DNA of 64,000 bases from a virus: positions 1-64,000 of the IMG/VR virus record IMGVR_UViG_3300045988_150292; one strand, 5' to 3'. The notes under the pieces are model-generated. The model made no database searches. It saw only the letters and a list, made by a program, of their open reading frames with translations, and had not been told where the DNA came from. The position numbers were made by a program, and so were the translations under genes. Positions 55,012 to 62,228 of the stretch are shown one piece after another (within the stretch, counting starts at the first letter, position 1; every line of letters begins with the position of its first letter).

Positions 55012-55142
55012 TTTGGCAGCTACATATATTGTTAGTACCTTGGGGTACGTTCAGCGGAACGCATATATATACCTATGCTATAGGCGTATCTGGTTGTCTG
55101 GTAGAACCGATATTAAATCTGCCACTTAAATTACATAGAATT

Positions 55143-55433
55143 ATGGATATTATTTTAAGAAATGCTTTTTTCTTCGATGAAAAAACTGGAGTGTTAACAG
55201 ATGAGCTAACTACAGATTTTGTAAGGGCTTGCAAGGCGTGTGGCGTGTGGGAAACTTATGGCATCGTATGCCTCCCCAATCGTCTGTTACGTGTCATTTA
55301 CTTCGATGTTGCGGAATTTGATGAATACACTTTAAACGTGTGGCTGAAAAAATTCCCAGAAAATACTTGGGGGCTTGATGATGAACATCAAGCAATTGCC
55401 GTGGTATTCGCAGAGTACCCAATACCGTATTAA
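55143..55433 (+). CDS. Hypothetical early protein
   Basis: An internal ATG sits in the AGAATTATG context (MDIILRNAFFFDEK...). The track ORF begins at 55029. Confidence 0.5.
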   Translation: MDIILRNAFFFDEKTGVLTDELTTDFVRACKACGVWETYGIVCLPNRLLRVIYFDVAEFDEYTLNVWLKKFPENTWGLDDEHQAIAVVFAEYPIPY

Positions 55434-55443
55434 TTAATGGCAA

Positions 55444-55490
55444 TCCGTGTTAGTTCGAGGCTATACCGTGGTTCAAATCCATGGCACGGA
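55444..55490 (+). other. tRNA-like T-arm plus acceptor-like stem (not a complete tRNA)
   Basis: CCGTGG-TTCAAAT-CCATGG (55466-55484) is a canonical GGTTCAAATCC T-arm. It is enclosed by the stem TCCGTG(55444-55449)/CACGGA(55485-55490). No D arm or anticodon arm is present. Confidence 0.35.
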
Positions 55491-55495
55491 ACAAC

Positions 55496-55531
55496 GGCAA
55501 TATTGCCCAATAACTAAAAAAATTCAAAATT
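55496..55531 (+). promoter_or_regulatory. Hairpin + TAAC-box leader unit U0
   Basis: GGCAATATTGCC palindrome, then CAATAACTAAAAAAATTCAAAATT-ATG. Confidence 0.5.
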
Positions 55532-56050
55532 ATGAAAACTCTAAACGAACGTGTGAAAGATGTGGTGCGTACCGTTGTACTCGATGCGGATTATACGGAA
55601 TTAGGTGAACAATCTAAAGCCGTGCAAGAATGGCTACAGAATGATGCTAAATTCATTCAGTTGAAAAAAGCGTTAGAAGCCTACAGACTTAAGGCTTTTG
55701 CAGAAAACGCTGAGTACCAGAAAATAAGCCGTGCTACATTGTTCACCGCTTTTGTAGCGGTAGTAAAGTTGGTAAAAGGTGTCAACATTCCCGAAAACTA
55801 CCTAACTGAGGACGACGGTAATACCCTTGCGCGTCTTGCATCTGAGAATATATGTGATACAGATTCACGTATAGCTTCACTTATATGTCGGATTAACGAC
55901 ACCTTTAAGCCGGCAAAGGTTACACGTACAACAGAATTCATTCCGTACACTATTGCGGAAATTCGCAAATTGGTTGAACTCATTCAGTTGGGTATTTTGG
56001 AACGTGAAGCGGTGCGAAGACAAGTAAGAGAAGGAAAACGGAAACGTTAA
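55532..56050 (+). CDS. Hypothetical early protein
   Basis: 172-aa ORF with a basic C-terminus. Confidence 0.55.
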   Translation: MKTLNERVKDVVRTVVLDADYTELGEQSKAVQEWLQNDAKFIQLKKALEAYRLKAFAENAEYQKISRATLFTAFVAVVKLVKGVNIPENYLTEDDGNTLARLASENICDTDSRIASLICRINDTFKPAKVTRTTEFIPYTIAEIRKLVELIQLGILEREAVRRQVREGKRKR

Positions 56051-56072
56051 CCGCTACAGACAAGACAAAAAA

Positions 56073-56102
56073 AGGATTGCAATATATTGCAGTCCTTTTT
56101 TT
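56073..56102 (+). terminator. Intrinsic (bidirectional-type) terminator
   Basis: 10-bp stem AGGATTGCAA/TTGCAGTCCT, flanked by A7 upstream and T7 downstream. Confidence 0.8.
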
Positions 56103-56118
56103 GATACCAGATTTTTTT

Positions 56119-56144
56119 AGGGTGCCCAAATTGGGTACCCTTTG
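56119..56144 (+). terminator. Second hairpin terminator
   Basis: 9-bp stem AGGGTGCCC/GGGTACCCT, followed by TTTGTT. Confidence 0.5.
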
Positions 56145-56887
56145 TTATATCCTTTTTTTTCAGAGGATGAAGATTCTAAAAACTGTCTAAACCGACATTC
56201 CGTATATCTCAAGTAACGGAACACTTCCAGACGGAAATAAATTTCCGGAGGATGTGGCAGGTGAGAGGACAGACAGAGGGCAAACCTTCATAGTGATATG
56301 GAGGAGCGGAGGAGAAATCCCGTCGAGCTGTCGAGAAAATCAGGAAGGAGTCAAGCGAGCGTTTAAGCGTGCTAACTACCTTTTCCGAGTCAAGCCCTAC
56401 GCACTGAGTAGGAGTAGATGCAGGCACGGAGAGCAGGATCACGGCAAAAGTTGTACGGATCCCGCCACGATCCGAAGGCAAAGGAGAAGGCAAGAGCAGC
56501 CAGCAGAGGCAGGAGCGGAAACTCCCAGGAGAGCAACCCAATGCACCGTGGAGCCTGAGCCTAACATAAAGCGTTATGTGGGTATTGAGAATTAATCATA
56601 ATTCATATTCTATCGTATGAGCGTGCGAGGTGTGGTTAACCAGAAACGCTCAATATCCGTTATCCGTCACGTGTGGCGGAGCGAGTGAAGAAAGTAGATA
56701 CTGAACGGATTAATGAAATCTACCTGAAAGCGGTTATATGTGAGCCGTGTTACCCTTGAGTATGCAGCAGAAAAACATATCGGACCAATCTTGTTTAATT
56801 GGAGGGTGCCGAATGACGTGAGACATTTTGCAACGAGAGCAAAAGGAAATAGAGGCATCCTGGCTAATGGGGTTGAGAAATCAACCC
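56145..56887 (+). ncRNA. Candidate large structured non-coding RNA (class unknown; strand tentative)
   Basis: About 0.75 kb with no credible ORF in an otherwise tightly packed genome. GC content is like coding DNA and the + strand is purine-rich. It contains many short perfect hairpins: 56198-56221, 56232-56247, 56456-56474, 56564-56579, 56664-56679, and 56870-56887 (GAAA loop). Confidence 0.4.
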
Positions 56888-56917
56888 TACAATATAAACC
56901 ATTAAAATTGTAGAATT
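56870..56917 (+). promoter_or_regulatory. Hairpin + AACC-box leader unit U1
   Basis: GGGTTGA-GAAA-TCAACCC, then TACAATATAAACCATTAAAATTGTAGAATT-ATG. Confidence 0.55.
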
Positions 56918-57148
56918 ATGAAGAAGATTGCGTGCAGTTCATTGTGTGTGTTGTTTATCATTTTGGCGTGCTCCCTGATACCTGCCTATATCACAGGTGT
57001 CAGGGAGCTGCTGGATTCAGCCACACTGACGGAGATAGACTGGAGCCTGACAGTGTGGAGCGGTGTATTGTTCACCGTTTCCACTGCCTTCCTCGGTGTT
57101 GTCATTGCAGATGTGTTCATAACTGCATATCTGGCGGTAAAGAAGTAA
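56918..57148 (+). CDS. Small membrane protein
   Basis: 76 aa with two TM helices. Confidence 0.55.
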   Translation: MKKIACSSLCVLFIILACSLIPAYITGVRELLDSATLTEIDWSLTVWSGVLFTVSTAFLGVVIADVFITAYLAVKK

Positions 57149-57158
57149 AGCCTTAACG

Positions 57159-57238
57159 AGCAGGACATCGTGTAATGTGGTGTCCTGCTTTCATCATTAA
57201 CTGAATGATTTGGAATTTAATTTGAAAACTATAGAATT
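57159..57238 (+). promoter_or_regulatory. Hairpin + TAAC-box leader unit U2
   Basis: AGCAGGACA...TGTCCTGCT, then TTCATCATTAACTGAA...TATAGAATT-ATG. Confidence 0.55.
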
Positions 57239-57355
57239 ATGACAAACGACGAGATTTATTACGAGATGGCAGGCGGTTATATCTGCCTCTGCCATTATGG
57301 AGAGCAGCTCCCAGAGACTTCACCAGAGAGAGAAGGAAAGGAGGTGGCACTATGA
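57239..57355 (+). CDS. Very small protein (38 aa; below the track cutoff)
   Basis: MTNDEIYYEMAGGYICLCHYGEQLPETSPEREGKEVAL*. ATGA coupling to the next gene. Confidence 0.4.
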   Translation: MTNDEIYYEMAGGYICLCHYGEQLPETSPEREGKEVAL

Positions 57356-57588
57356 GAAGAGAGAAGATATATTCAAGTACGATAATTCTGCTTGGAATTA
57401 TTCAGGTGCTTCCAATTTTCCTGCTCCTGGGAAGTACGATAATTGGCGGTCTGCTTGGAGTGTTTTATGCCGTTCTGCTCTGGAAATTCTGGAGAAGTAC
57501 GAGAATTGGAAGATGGTTCATGCGAGAGTGGTGGCGTTCCACGCTGCTGCTTGAGAGGATCATCTTCGGAGGCAATGCAGAGTGTTGA
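57352..57588 (+). CDS. Small membrane protein
   Basis: 78 aa with two TM helices. Confidence 0.5.
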   Translation: MRREKIYSSTIILLGIIQVLPIFLLLGSTIIGGLLGVFYAVLLWKFWRSTRIGRWFMREWWRSTLLLERIIFGGNAEC

Positions 57589-57620
57589 AATTCTGCGGTG
57601 AAAATGCCGGAGCCTGAAAA

Positions 57621-57667
57621 CTGCCTGTAATCCGGGCAGTACGATAATAACTAAAAACGAAAGAATT
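57621..57667 (+). promoter_or_regulatory. Hairpin + TAAC-box leader unit U3
   Basis: CTGCC...GGCAG, then TACGATAATAACTAAAAACGAAAGAATT-ATG. Confidence 0.5.
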
Positions 57668-57841
57668 ATGAAAGTATTGATTAGAGAAAGGTATTTTACA
57701 GACAAGTTCACCTGCAACGAGTTTTACAGAGAACATGTCATTACACGCATGGAAGAGCGTGGAGATATGTACCAGTTGTATCAGGGTGCATATACATACA
57801 TGTGTGTCCCAAAAAGTGACATTATAAATATAGAATCATGA
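57668..57841 (+). CDS. Small protein (57 aa; below the track cutoff)
   Basis: MKVLIRERYFTDKFTCNEFYREHVITRMEERGDMYQLYQGAYTYMCVPKSDIINIES*. Confidence 0.45.
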   Translation: MKVLIRERYFTDKFTCNEFYREHVITRMEERGDMYQLYQGAYTYMCVPKSDIINIES

Positions 57842-57990
57842 AAACAAGAAGACAGGCAGCCATGGAGCTGCTTCCATTGTATAATTCAATGGAAACAAGG
57901 AAAATCACATTAGGCACTCTCGCAAGGAAAATGTATAAGTGCGGTGATTGCTGGAGATGTACCGGTGTTGGCTACGACTACACCGTGTAA
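57838..57990 (+). CDS. Small Cys-containing protein (50 aa)
   Basis: ATGA overlap with the upstream gene. Contains ...KMYKCGDCWRCTGVGYDYTV*. Confidence 0.45.
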   Translation: MKTRRQAAMELLPLYNSMETRKITLGTLARKMYKCGDCWRCTGVGYDYTV

Positions 57991-57997
57991 GCCAAAA

Positions 57998-58050
57998 AAG
58001 GCAGTACGATAATCTGTGCTGCCTTCATTGTCTAACTAAAACTTTGAATT
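57998..58050 (+). promoter_or_regulatory. Hairpin + TAAC-box leader unit U4
   Basis: AAGGCAG...CTGCCTT, then CATTGTCTAACTAAAACTTTGAATT-ATG. Shares GGCAGTACGATAAT with U3. Confidence 0.55.
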
Positions 58051-58377
58051 ATGGAATATATCAGAACAAAAGAGTATGACACGCCCATCGACGTGTATTT
58101 CGACGGAGAGAAGTACGTTTTCATCAACCGCTTCATCGGTCTCGTTGCCGTTGCCAGAAGAAAAGGGACATCGGCATTCTCCGATGACGGGAACACCTGT
58201 TATTCCACATTCTCAGTGGAGCACACTGACGGCATCTGCAAGGAGACGATAATAAAGGTGATACAGAAGCAGGAGAGCCAGTATCTCCCGTGCAGCGTCG
58301 CCTACAAATGGAAGGAGGAGCAGAAATATTCCTCTCTTCGTTACTCTGTCTCCGTGAAGCTGGAGAGAATGGGATAA
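58051..58377 (+). CDS. Hypothetical early protein
   Basis: 108-aa ORF. Confidence 0.55.
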   Translation: MEYIRTKEYDTPIDVYFDGEKYVFINRFIGLVAVARRKGTSAFSDDGNTCYSTFSVEHTDGICKETIIKVIQKQESQYLPCSVAYKWKEEQKYSSLRYSVSVKLERMG

Positions 58378-58387
58378 GCCTGAACGG

Positions 58388-58443
58388 TCCTCACCTCAAA
58401 AAGGTGGGGATTTCTTTTTACTAACCCTAAAAAAAGAAGAATT
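58388..58443 (+). promoter_or_regulatory. Hairpin + TAACC-box leader unit U5
   Basis: TCCTCACC-TCAAAAA-GGTGGGGA, then TTTCTTTTTACTAACCCTAAAAAAAGAAGAATT-ATG. Confidence 0.6.
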
Positions 58444-58806
58444 ATGAGAACAAGAAAGTACAAGACCCTGACAGGGCTGCTGAAGGCATACGACAGAAAG
58501 CAGTTCACAATGAACGATTTCTTGTCTGGACGAATCTATGACGGCTACAAGACATTTAAGTTTGAACTGTCTGACGAAGCCCTAAGAGAATTGTCCGACG
58601 GCTTTTGTTATGCCTGCAACTGCCAGAAATCAAAACGCGACACGGTTTTCTTCAACATGAAATTCCATAAGATATTGAACCGTGGTATTCTGGACAGGCT
58701 ATGGGTGGAGTTATGGAATGGCAAACCGAGCTTCACCTTCTGCGTAGGACAGGACGGAGATTATGAGTATCCGCTTGTTAGAAGAACCCTATATCGGGGT
58801 TATTGA
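58444..58806 (+). CDS. Hypothetical early protein
   Basis: 120-aa ORF. Confidence 0.55.
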   Translation: MRTRKYKTLTGLLKAYDRKQFTMNDFLSGRIYDGYKTFKFELSDEALRELSDGFCYACNCQKSKRDTVFFNMKFHKILNRGILDRLWVELWNGKPSFTFCVGQDGDYEYPLVRRTLYRGY

Positions 58807-58813
58807 GCCAAAT

Positions 58814-58869
58814 GGCGTACATTTCCAAGTGTGCGCCTCATTTTACTAACCCTTTAAAACATTAGAATT
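58814..58869 (+). promoter_or_regulatory. Hairpin + TAACC-box leader unit U6
   Basis: GGCGTAC...GTGCGCC, then TCATTTTACTAACCCTTTAAAACATTAGAATT-ATG. Confidence 0.6.
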
Positions 58870-60438
58870 ATGATTTTTATTAAAAGTTTCAAAAACTACG
58901 AAGAGTTCAAGAAGTTGTTTGCAATCGTGGAACACGGCAACGGAGCCAAGTCTCGCAAGAACAAGATTCTGCTTGCATGGCTCAAGGACAGACGCTTCCT
59001 CAAGGCGTGGCTCTCTTTCCAGAGGACCATGCTGAACAAAGGACTGGTGGCTGAAGAGTTCGTCTACAAATACGATTATCTTAACGCCAGAAGTATGGAC
59101 GATGTGAAAAAAGCCGTTCTCCGTATCTCGGAGTCATTCGCCGCATATCATTTTGACGGCGGACAACCTCAATGGATGGAGAATTACGGACCTTTTGTCC
59201 TTAACGACTGGCCATTGCGCCACCGGACTCTCTATATCGACAGCCGCCACGGGTTGTGTGCCGACGGAGACACGAAATCCGTCCGCTACATCAATTCAGA
59301 GCGTGGCGACAGGGTGTTCAAGATGAAGGCAGGAAAATTCATAACTTCCTGTCTCGACAGCCTGCCGTTCACAGAAATCCTACCTGAACAGGTCAAACGA
59401 TGGATAGGCGAGGAGTTCGCCCGTGACTGGCAGGTATATGCAGAGTCCCTTATCGGAGAGTCTGCGTTGACGCTCCACGTGGGATCTGACAAAAGCGACT
59501 TTGAGACCATCTACGACAAAAACCTATACAAGGGAGATTTCCACTCCTGTATGGGAGGCGAGGACCAATACTTCTTCTATGCCGACGCCGTGGATGCCAG
59601 CGCAGCATGGCTGACAGACAGTGACGGAATGATAGTGGCACGTTGTGTCATCTTCAATGACGTCATAGACGAGGAAGGGAAATCCTGGAGACTGGCAGAG
59701 CGTCAATACTCGTCCGATATGGACGAAGTTCTAAAGCAGACGCTTGTGAACAGACTCATCAAGGAAGGCCTCATCGACGGCTACAAGCGTGTCGGTGTCG
59801 ATTGTCACGACAACAGGAATTTCGTCGCCAACAACGGCGAGTCCCTGAGGGCGAAGCGGTTCTCTATCGAATGCCGGCTGTGCGATGGTGATACGTTGTC
59901 GTATCAGGACAGCTTTGTCTGTTACGACTACAACAAGGACATCGCATACAATCATTCCGATGTATACTACACCGACGATCTGGACGTAACCAATCATCAT
60001 TTCTACTGTTCACACGACAACGAAAGATGGTCGGACTATTCGCAAGAGTGGATCGCCGATAATGTCGCCGAGTATGACGACTATCACGAGGACTGGATGC
60101 ACGAGGACTGTTCGACTGATGCTATATATAACGGACACCACATCCATATCAACGAATACCGCACGAATGATTTCGTGTGGTCTGAAGAGGAAGACTGCTA
60201 CATCTATGAGGATGAGGCGGTATGGGTTGAAAACCTCAACGACGACATCCTCAGAAGAAACGCCGTCGAGGACATCCACGGAGAGTGGCAGCGTGCAAAC
60301 GATTGTGTGCACTCTGCATATCACGATGAGTACATCCTCAAAGAGGATGCTATTTACTCCGAAGTCCTCGAAGACTGGTTCGAAGACGAGGATACGATGC
60401 ACGAAGCAGAGAAAGAAGAACTTGAAGTAGAAGCCTGA
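58870..60438 (+). CDS. Large early protein with a hyper-acidic, aromatic-rich C-terminal third
   Basis: 522 aa. The last ~170 aa are dominated by D/E/Y/W/H (DDYHEDWMHEDC..., EEEDCYIYEDEAVWVENLNDD..., EDWFEDEDTMHEAEKEELEVEA). No family recognised. Confidence 0.6.
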   Translation: MIFIKSFKNYEEFKKLFAIVEHGNGAKSRKNKILLAWLKDRRFLKAWLSFQRTMLNKGLVAEEFVYKYDYLNARSMDDVKKAVLRISESFAAYHFDGGQPQWMENYGPFVLNDWPLRHRTLYIDSRHGLCADGDTKSVRYINSERGDRVFKMKAGKFITSCLDSLPFTEILPEQVKRWIGEEFARDWQVYAESLIGESALTLHVGSDKSDFETIYDKNLYKGDFHSCMGGEDQYFFYADAVDASAAWLTDSDGMIVARCVIFNDVIDEEGKSWRLAERQYSSDMDEVLKQTLVNRLIKEGLIDGYKRVGVDCHDNRNFVANNGESLRAKRFSIECRLCDGDTLSYQDSFVCYDYNKDIAYNHSDVYYTDDLDVTNHHFYCSHDNERWSDYSQEWIADNVAEYDDYHEDWMHEDCSTDAIYNGHHIHINEYRTNDFVWSEEEDCYIYEDEAVWVENLNDDILRRNAVEDIHGEWQRANDCVHSAYHDEYILKEDAIYSEVLEDWFEDEDTMHEAEKEELEVEA

Positions 60439-60440
60439 AA

Positions 60441-60500
60441 AAAGGCGGGAGATGTAATGCTCCTGCCTTTACATCATTAACCATTAAAACATTTAGAATT
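60441..60500 (+). promoter_or_regulatory. Hairpin + TAACC-box leader unit U7
   Basis: AAAGGCGGGAG...CTCCTGCCTTT, then ACATCATTAACCATTAAAACATTTAGAATT-ATG. Confidence 0.6.
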
Positions 60501-61442
60501 ATGAAAGAAAAATTGAATTACGAGTTACTTAAAGATCTGTACTGCATCCATTCAAAAAGCGGCAGCGAGAAACGCATCCGTCGATTCATCAAGAAATGGC
60601 TAAAAGCTAATGTTCCTGAAGCTGTCGTGACACAGGACAATATAGGAAACCTCTACATCACGAAAGGTGTTGCGGTTAATTACCCCTGCCTGTGCGCACA
60701 CATGGACCAGGTGCAGGATTTCCATCCTTCTGACTTCACTTGTGTGGAGACTGACGAGGTCATTTTCGGCTATTCGCCCAAGATGCGCAAGCAGTGCGGA
60801 CTGGGAGCCGACGACAAGAACGGGATATTCCTTGCGCTCTCTGCGCTGATGGAATACCCTGTCCTCAAATGTGCCTTCTTCATCGGAGAGGAAATCGGCT
60901 GCATCGGCTCAAGCGCCGCAGACATCGGCTTCTTCATAGACTGCCGTTTCTGCGCCCAGATTGACAGGCGTGGAAGCAGTGACATGGTGACAGAAATCTC
61001 CGGTCCGCTCTGCTCAGATGGTTTCATCAAGGCTGCGGACTGCGAGAGCTGGGGCTACCATGAGTCCGGCGGAATGATGACGGACGTAGAGGCGCTTGCA
61101 GAAGCCGGTGTCAGCGTGTCGTGCATCAATCTGTCCTGCGGATATTACGATCCGCACACCGACTGCGAGTTCACCCACAAGCCCGACCTTGAGAAATGCT
61201 GGGCTTTCGTATGCCATCTCATAGAGGACTGCACTGCGGTCTATCCGTTCGAATACACAAACGGATGTCAAGGTTCAACAAGAACTTTTTACGTCAAAGA
61301 CAGTCTCTTATATGAGATGGAATGTGTCCTTGCAGAAGAACCGAATACCACATTCAGAGACTTCTACGACAACGTGGGATGTATGTATTCTGAGGTCAGT
61401 AGAGAAAGTCAGCACATACTGTTCGACTTTGCTAAGAAGTAA
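60501..61442 (+). CDS. Zinc metallopeptidase-like protein (M20/M28/M42 clan pattern)
   Basis: The ordered ligand-like motifs CAHMDQV, GLGADDKNG, GEEIGCIGS and YDPHT are typical of co-catalytic aminopeptidases. Confidence 0.5.
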   Translation: MKEKLNYELLKDLYCIHSKSGSEKRIRRFIKKWLKANVPEAVVTQDNIGNLYITKGVAVNYPCLCAHMDQVQDFHPSDFTCVETDEVIFGYSPKMRKQCGLGADDKNGIFLALSALMEYPVLKCAFFIGEEIGCIGSSAADIGFFIDCRFCAQIDRRGSSDMVTEISGPLCSDGFIKAADCESWGYHESGGMMTDVEALAEAGVSVSCINLSCGYYDPHTDCEFTHKPDLEKCWAFVCHLIEDCTAVYPFEYTNGCQGSTRTFYVKDSLLYEMECVLAEEPNTTFRDFYDNVGCMYSEVSRESQHILFDFAKK

Positions 61443-61451
61443 GCCTTAAAG

Positions 61452-61508
61452 AGCCCTGCTCCTCACGGAGTGGGGCTTCCTATTTTCTAACCTTTAAATT
61501 TCAAGAAT
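61452..61508 (+). promoter_or_regulatory. Hairpin + TAACC-box leader unit U8
   Basis: AGCCCTGCTCC-TCAC-GGAGTGGGGCT, then TCCTATTTTCTAACCTTTAAATTTCAAGAAT-ATG. Confidence 0.6.
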
Positions 61509-62186
61509 ATGGACAAGAAAAAGTACATTGAAATTCTGTCTTCCGAGGCGGAGAAGAACGGCAGGCCACAAGAGTCTGCCCTGGATGATTTCCTCGACTA
61601 CGTGATAGACTATTTCGACGTCAAGAGCCTGCAGTCCGGTATGGACTCATACGGCAATCACATTCTGGAGCAGAGGCGCAAATCGCACGGCTTCTTCAAT
61701 CTTGTCATAATGTGGCTTCAAGATGTCGCCAAGGCTATGGAGCGTGGAGAATGGCTCGATGTGTTCGGCATTCTTTATGAGGAGATGTACCTCTCTCGCG
61801 GCAAGGCTTCACGCACGGGACAGTTCTTCACTCCCCAGTGCGTGTCAGGCCTCATGGCTCAGGTAATCGACACCGGCAAGGAATGTGGCACGGTCAACGA
61901 CTGCGCTTCCGGCAGCGGACGTCTCCTTCTCGCCCATTATATCAGCAAGAGCAGGACGGATCATTATGCCGGACGCCGCTTCAAGTATGTGGCGCAGGAT
62001 TGCGATCCTATCGCCTGCAAGATGTGCGCCTGCAACATGATGGCGCACGGAATGTACGGAATGGTCATCTGCCAGAACACTCTGACGATGAGCGTGCCCT
62101 CCGTTGTGTACTACATCAACGAGGCTAAATATCCGTTCGACACACCTTACTGCTCCATCCGTGCGGTACGCAACGAAAAAGCCTGA
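61509..62186 (+). CDS. HsdM/N6-methyltransferase-like SAM-binding protein with no recognisable catalytic motif IV
   Basis: FGILYEEMY...TGQFFTPQCVSGLMAQVI, motif I VNDCASGSGRLLLA, and YVAQDCDPIACKMCACNMMAHG. The protein ends ~35 aa after CQNTLTM with no (N/D)PP(F/Y/W). Confidence 0.55.
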   Translation: MDKKKYIEILSSEAEKNGRPQESALDDFLDYVIDYFDVKSLQSGMDSYGNHILEQRRKSHGFFNLVIMWLQDVAKAMERGEWLDVFGILYEEMYLSRGKASRTGQFFTPQCVSGLMAQVIDTGKECGTVNDCASGSGRLLLAHYISKSRTDHYAGRRFKYVAQDCDPIACKMCACNMMAHGMYGMVICQNTLTMSVPSVVYYINEAKYPFDTPYCSIRAVRNEKA

Positions 62187-62190
62187 AACG

Positions 62191-62228
62191 GCCTCCCCTG
62201 TGGAGGCACATGTTTAACCAATTAAAAA
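62191..62228 (+). promoter_or_regulatory. Hairpin + TAACC-box leader unit U9
   Basis: GCCTCC-CCTGT-GGAGGC, then ACATGTTTAACCAATTAAAAA(ATG)ATT-ATG. Confidence 0.6.

Noticed and set aside
55444-55490. A complete tRNA gene
   Set aside because: Only a T-arm and an acceptor-like stem can be drawn (~47 nt). D and anticodon arms are absent.
56209-56595. ORFs 56254..56595 (+) and 56209..56541 (-) as protein-coding genes
   Set aside because: They mutually overlap and have junk-like Arg/Ser/Pro-rich composition. They lack the hairpin/TAACC/AGAATTATG context used by all neighbouring genes. The region is better explained as non-coding.
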